This document shows, piece by piece, positions 59,832 through 64,000 of a DNA stretch of 64,000 nucleotides (within the stretch, counting starts at the first letter, position 1; the number at the start of each line of letters is the position of its first letter). Both the position numbers and the translations under genes were made by a program. The notes below the pieces were generated by a model that made no database searches, was not told where the DNA came from, and saw nothing but the letters and a program-made list of their open reading frames with translations. This DNA is from a virus. The stretch covers positions 32,001 through 96,000 of the IMG/VR virus record IMGVR_UViG_3300032241_002567; one strand, given 5' to 3'.

Positions 59832-59876
59832 AGGAATTCAATTTTTTATTATATATATTAAAAAATTACATTTCTT

Positions 59877-62800
59877 ATGACAATAGCCAAAAAGCAACAA
59901 CAACAAGAAGAAAACAAGAAATTTATATTTACAACCAAAAATGTATCAGAAATTTCTGAACAAATGAGCGATGGTGTTATTATTAAAAGATACATGAATC
60001 CATGGTTTAAAGGTGAAGTTGGAGTTCGAAGATCTGGTATATCTTTTGGTATAACTCAAGATGAAGTGCAAGAATATATTAGATGTATGGATGACGTACA
60101 ATATTTTGCAGAAAAATATTGTCAAATCAAAAGAGAAGATGGTTCTATTGGACCAATTAAATTAAGAGATTATCAAAAAGGTATATTAGATCTTTATAAA
60201 AATCCAAGAGTTATATTATGCGCCAGTCGTCAAAGTGGTAAGGCATTACGTGACAATTCCTATGTGTGGACCATTTATGGTAAGAAATTTATTTCTGATT
60301 TAAAAGTGGGAGAAAAAATATTTGGGGATGATGGTAAATTAACTACAGTCACCGGAGTATTTCCACAGGGCAAAAAACAGCTTTATAAAATAACATTCTC
60401 GGATAATACATCAGTTGAATGTTGTGGTGAACATCTTTGGGGATTATATAACCATGAAAGAATTTATAAAGTTATGCAATTAAATGATTTTAAAGATAAC
60501 TATTTAACTAAAAGAGGGGATAGTAAATTTTACACAAAAGTAGCACCTTGTGTTGAATATGAAACGAAAGAGTTGAAAATAGATCCTTATTTTTTAGGGT
60601 TATTAATTGGTGATGGTGGTATTTCAAATAAAGGAAATTATATAACATCAATAGATGAATCAATTATAAATTATTGTAGAGAAGAGGTAAAAAATTATAA
60701 TTGTGAATTAGTTTTATCAGATAGATGTACATATAGAATAACCACTTTAACTAAAGGTAAAAACAATATATTAACTGGGTTATTAGATGAATTTAATTTA
60801 AAAGTTAAATCATACGAAAAACATATTCCAAATATTTATTTAACTTCGGATAAATCACAAAGAATTCAATTATTACAAGGTTTAATGGATACTGATGGTT
60901 GCGTTGATTCAAAAAAAGGTGGTGTTGAATTTTGCACCACTTCCAAACAATTATCTATTGATTTTGTTGAATTATGCAATTCTCTTGGTATAAAAACATC
61001 AGCAACTACAAGACAAACTTCATTTACCTATAAAGGTGAAAAAAAATTAGGTAGATTGTCATATCTTATAAAAATGTATGTTAATAACACCGATTTTAAT
61101 ATCTTTAAATTAGAGAGAAAAAATGTCAATGTTAGAAAAGATAAAAAATTTAATTTGGCAACATATAGAGGTATTGAAAAAATTGAAAAAATTGAAATTG
61201 ATAATTGTACATGCATTTCAGTGGACAATAAAAGTAAATTATTTTTAACAAATAATTTTATACCAACACATAATACAATCAATGCGGCAATCTCAATTTT
61301 GCATTTTATTACTTTTAATAATGATAAAAATGTCATGATTGTGGCAAATCTTCGTGATACTACTATCGAAATTGTAGATAAGATAAAATCTATTTATGTT
61401 AATTTACCTTTCTTTTTAAAAGTAGGTATTAAAAACTGGAATCAAAAATCTATGGTTTGCGAAAATGGATGTAAAATTAGAACAGCTGCGAGAAGTAAAG
61501 CTCCTGCGATTGGTTTTACAATTGACTTCCTTTATTTGGACGAATTTGCGCATATTCCATCGAATATTATTGAGCCTTATTATACAGCAGTTTATCCTAT
61601 CGTATCAGCGGTTAATAATTCTAAGATAGTTATAACATCAACCCCAAAGGGTATGAATTTATTTTATAAATTATTAATAGATTCAGAAAGAGATGAATTA
61701 GATCCTTTAAAAACTAATTTTAAATCAAAAAGAATATATTGGTATGAAGTAGAAGGAAGATTTGTCACATATTTTCGTTTATTTGATAATAAATTATTTG
61801 AATATGGTTTAACAAAAGAAGATGTTTTTGAACAGGTTAAAGCAGCATTTCCACAAACTAAAGTTGAAATGAAATGGATAGCTGATTTAGAAAAACATGT
61901 AATTCATATTTATAATAAACATGAAGGTATCATTACACCGTCAGAAGATGTCAAAAAATTCATGGTTGAAAAAGACGATAAACAAATATTTATTCAACAA
62001 CTTGCATATGTAACTACTTGGCAAGAAGAAACAATAAAAGAAATTGGTGGCGAAGATGCCTTTAACCAAGAATATGGATTGAGATTTGTTGATGGCTCGC
62101 GTTCGTTGTTGAGCGAGGCATTAATCGATGATTTATTAAAAAATAAAAAACCTTATATACATTATCCTTCTTATGAATTTGATAGAAAATTGAAGTTTAA
62201 TTATGAAGATTTAAAGTTTGTTGATGATACTTCAATATTTTCTCCACTTGATAGGAAAAAAATGAAAATTATTTTATCAGTAGATATATCAGAAGGATTA
62301 GGACAAGATTATTCAGTAATTAATATGTTTAGAATTACACCAAAACCAATCGAAACAATTGAAAATTATAAAAGGGAATATAAATATTTATCTGACTTTT
62401 TTCATTTACAACAATTTGGTATATATAGATCAAACCTTGTATCTGTAAGACAATTGGCGGAATTGTTTTATGTATTATCTTTTGAGTATTTTGATCCAGA
62501 AAATGTTAAAGCAGTAGTAGAATATAATACTTATGGAGGACAATTTTTAGCGGAAATGCCACATCTATTTGATGGTAATAATAATTACGGTTCTGGAATA
62601 TTTTTCCGTTATAAACATAGAATAGACTCAGAAGAAGAAAAAATAGGTTTAAGAATTACTAGTAATAAAGAATTTTTAGTTAAGGATTATCAGGAACATA
62701 TGAATAAAAGAAATTTTGAAATTAATAATGCAACAAATATAAATGAAATAACCACATTTATAAAACATGTATTGCCTTCTGGAAATATAAGATATGCGGC

Positions 62801-63071
62801 TGATACTGGTAATGATGATACAGTAATGACTATTGTAAATGCATCAAGTGTTTTTTCAAAATTTATATTTAGAGAAATGGTAGAATCCGCAGCAGTCGAA
62901 TTAGTTGATGCTAATACAATTAAATATTTTAATGATATTTTAAAAAATCAAGAGTATCCTGATTATGATAAGGCGGATTATTCTGCTCTAAATAATATAA
63001 CTAGACAAAGAAAATTTGTAAATCAATACGGTAATAAAAATACTTATGGTGGACAAAATAATTGGTTTTAA
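59877..63071 (+). CDS. Terminase large subunit (gp17-like) containing an intein
   Basis: YFAEKY, LRDYQ, SRQSGK|T, LYLDEFAH, ITSTPKG, FNQEY, VDISEGLGQDYS, DDTVM. Confidence 0.97.
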   Translation: MTIAKKQQQQEENKKFIFTTKNVSEISEQMSDGVIIKRYMNPWFKGEVGVRRSGISFGITQDEVQEYIRCMDDVQYFAEKYCQIKREDGSIGPIKLRDYQKGILDLYKNPRVILCASRQSGKALRDNSYVWTIYGKKFISDLKVGEKIFGDDGKLTTVTGVFPQGKKQLYKITFSDNTSVECCGEHLWGLYNHERIYKVMQLNDFKDNYLTKRGDSKFYTKVAPCVEYETKELKIDPYFLGLLIGDGGISNKGNYITSIDESIINYCREEVKNYNCELVLSDRCTYRITTLTKGKNNILTGLLDEFNLKVKSYEKHIPNIYLTSDKSQRIQLLQGLMDTDGCVDSKKGGVEFCTTSKQLSIDFVELCNSLGIKTSATTRQTSFTYKGEKKLGRLSYLIKMYVNNTDFNIFKLERKNVNVRKDKKFNLATYRGIEKIEKIEIDNCTCISVDNKSKLFLTNNFIPTHNTINAAISILHFITFNNDKNVMIVANLRDTTIEIVDKIKSIYVNLPFFLKVGIKNWNQKSMVCENGCKIRTAARSKAPAIGFTIDFLYLDEFAHIPSNIIEPYYTAVYPIVSAVNNSKIVITSTPKGMNLFYKLLIDSERDELDPLKTNFKSKRIYWYEVEGRFVTYFRLFDNKLFEYGLTKEDVFEQVKAAFPQTKVEMKWIADLEKHVIHIYNKHEGIITPSEDVKKFMVEKDDKQIFIQQLAYVTTWQEETIKEIGGEDAFNQEYGLRFVDGSRSLLSEALIDDLLKNKKPYIHYPSYEFDRKLKFNYEDLKFVDDTSIFSPLDRKKMKIILSVDISEGLGQDYSVINMFRITPKPIETIENYKREYKYLSDFFHLQQFGIYRSNLVSVRQLAELFYVLSFEYFDPENVKAVVEYNTYGGQFLAEMPHLFDGNNNYGSGIFFRYKHRIDSEEEKIGLRITSNKEFLVKDYQEHMNKRNFEINNATNINEITTFIKHVLPSGNIRYAADTGNDDTVMTIVNASSVFSKFIFREMVESAAVELVDANTIKYFNDILKNQEYPDYDKADYSALNNITRQRKFVNQYGNKNTYGGQNNWF
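60243..61274 (+). mobile_element. Class-3 intein with LAGLIDADG endonuclease in Walker A of terminase
   Basis: Starts with Ala (ALRDNS); CCGEHLW, CTCISV, IPTHN|T (WCT triad); LGLLIGDG and LQGLMDTDG; 344 aa. Confidence 0.92.
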
Positions 63072-63350
63072 TTATAATTCTTCTAAAGTCGTAGTTAAAC
63101 CACAAGCGGATAATTTTTCATTTATTACATACATTTTATCTTTTGAGCCTCTTTTAACATCACATTTACCTTTAAAGTGTATTAAAAAAGTGCATTGTTC
63201 CGCTTGCTGTAATTCATGTCCAGCGTATTTCATAAGACAATCTATTACATAGTCAAAACTATGCACGTCATCATTCCAAACAATGACGGCGTAAACACCA
63301 CCTATTATTTCATCTAATTCTGAGGTTTCTAATTCTTTAGTTTGAGGCAT
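63072..63350 (-). CDS. clpS: Clp protease adaptor ClpS
   Basis: VWNDDVHSFDYVIDCL...QAEQC..LIH.KGKC.VK.G. Confidence 0.92.
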   Translation of the reverse strand: MPQTKELETSELDEIIGGVYAVIVWNDDVHSFDYVIDCLMKYAGHELQQAEQCTFLIHFKGKCDVKRGSKDKMYVINEKLSACGLTTTLEEL

Positions 63351-63762
63351 TTTCTAATTTTTTAATTTCTTCGTTTAATAAATTAGCAAGTTCGTAATTT
63401 TCTTTATTAATAGCATTTTGCATTTCTTTTTCTAAATCTTTTTTGGATTTATTTTTATTTTTGATTTTATGTTCATTTTTTATATTTAATAAAATAAAAT
63501 CACGAAATATTTCAGATTCGTAAGATTTTACAAAACTAATTTGATTACCTTCAACATTTTGATAAAACCATATTTTTTTAGATATAGGGTCATTATTAAA
63601 AATTGTAATGGTTATTACTTGATCTTTATATTTTTCTCCTCCTATACTAGTATAGAATCCATTAGGTGTATAAATATTAATTTTATCACCACTATAAAGT
63701 TTTTTCAAATTTTTAGTCTTTCTTATTTCTTTCAAAGAAAAAATTTTTTTTAAAAATTTCAT
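63337..63762 (-). CDS. Protein with C-terminal UvrB/UvrC (UVR) motif
   Basis: LEKEMQNAINKENYELANLLNEEIKKL. Confidence 0.8.
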   Translation of the reverse strand: MKFLKKIFSLKEIRKTKNLKKLYSGDKINIYTPNGFYTSIGGEKYKDQVITITIFNNDPISKKIWFYQNVEGNQISFVKSYESEIFRDFILLNIKNEHKIKNKNKSKKDLEKEMQNAINKENYELANLLNEEIKKLENASN

Positions 63763-63763
63763 A

Positions 63764-64000
63764 TTAGTAAATTTGAATTTTATTAATTACATCAATAATT
63801 GAAATCTTTGTATTTATATTTTTTTCAACTAAGGATGCCCATTCTGTAAATTTAACCAAATGTTCTTGTCTATCATCGTAAATGATTAAATCTGTGGCAT
63901 TTAAATTTTTACGAATAATTTGTTCAAATAATCTAGTTTTGAACTTGAATGTTTCACCACCCCAGTTACAAAAAACATCATGGAATCTTAAATCATGAAA
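63764..64000 (-). CDS. Partial HAD-like protein (RNA-repair Swiss-Army-knife type)
   Basis: ...GETFKFKTRLFE...IIYDDRQEHLVKF; runs off the window. Confidence 0.6.
   Translation of the reverse strand, partial: FHDLRFHDVFCNWGGETFKFKTRLFEQIIRKNLNATDLIIYDDRQEHLVKFTEWASLVEKNINTKISIIDVINKIQIY

Noticed and set aside
2524-63753. Short antisense or overlapping track ORFs (e.g. 2524, 3726, 4694, 6999, 7514, 9612, 9887, 16220, 27085, 28911, 29726, 33543, 44865, 48774, 53887, 54781, 55081, 58919, 61028, 63046, 63541)
   Set aside because: Shadow frames of well-supported genes, with no motifs or promoters.
1-64000. tRNA, rRNA or large structured ncRNA genes
   Set aside because: No GC-rich cloverleaf or long non-coding stretch seen by eye; tRNAscan/Infernal not run.

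Overview
This is a very AT-rich, gene-dense segment of a large, distantly T4-related myovirus (jumbo or huge phage). It encodes UvsW, primase, a split family-B DNA polymerase, sliding clamp, UvsY, gp47 nuclease, tail tube, an enlarged tail sheath, baseplate and fibre proteins, and a large terminase with a class-3 intein. Host-like genes include ClpP, ClpS, an omega-amidase, an LpxH-like hydrolase and a glycosyltransferase. A TTTG-N19-TAnnTTTG promoter and A-rich leaders without SD sequences suggest a Bacteroidota host. Main observations: (1) Polymerase motif B (QLALKLVLNGS|YG) is interrupted by a 36-nt in-frame insert: Ser codon, UAA stop, 9-bp GC-rich hairpin with GAAA loop, Ser codon. This resembles a translational-bypass element. 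(2) Small genes in the replication operons are built from recognisable pieces of the major capsid protein, including the Gol-peptide-equivalent region, fused to a repeated NRDRKIDSIL module; they may be decoys. (3) About 15 late genes share an N-terminal MKYLKxFENF-like tag resembling the T4 capsid-targeting sequence, and their cargoes include ADP-ribosyltransferase-like and GNAT enzymes. (4) UvsW is fractured around a homing endonuclease with degenerate split-intein-like ends. (5) There is a candidate +1 frameshift in a gp26-like gene pair. All family assignments come from motif recognition by eye; no searches were run.
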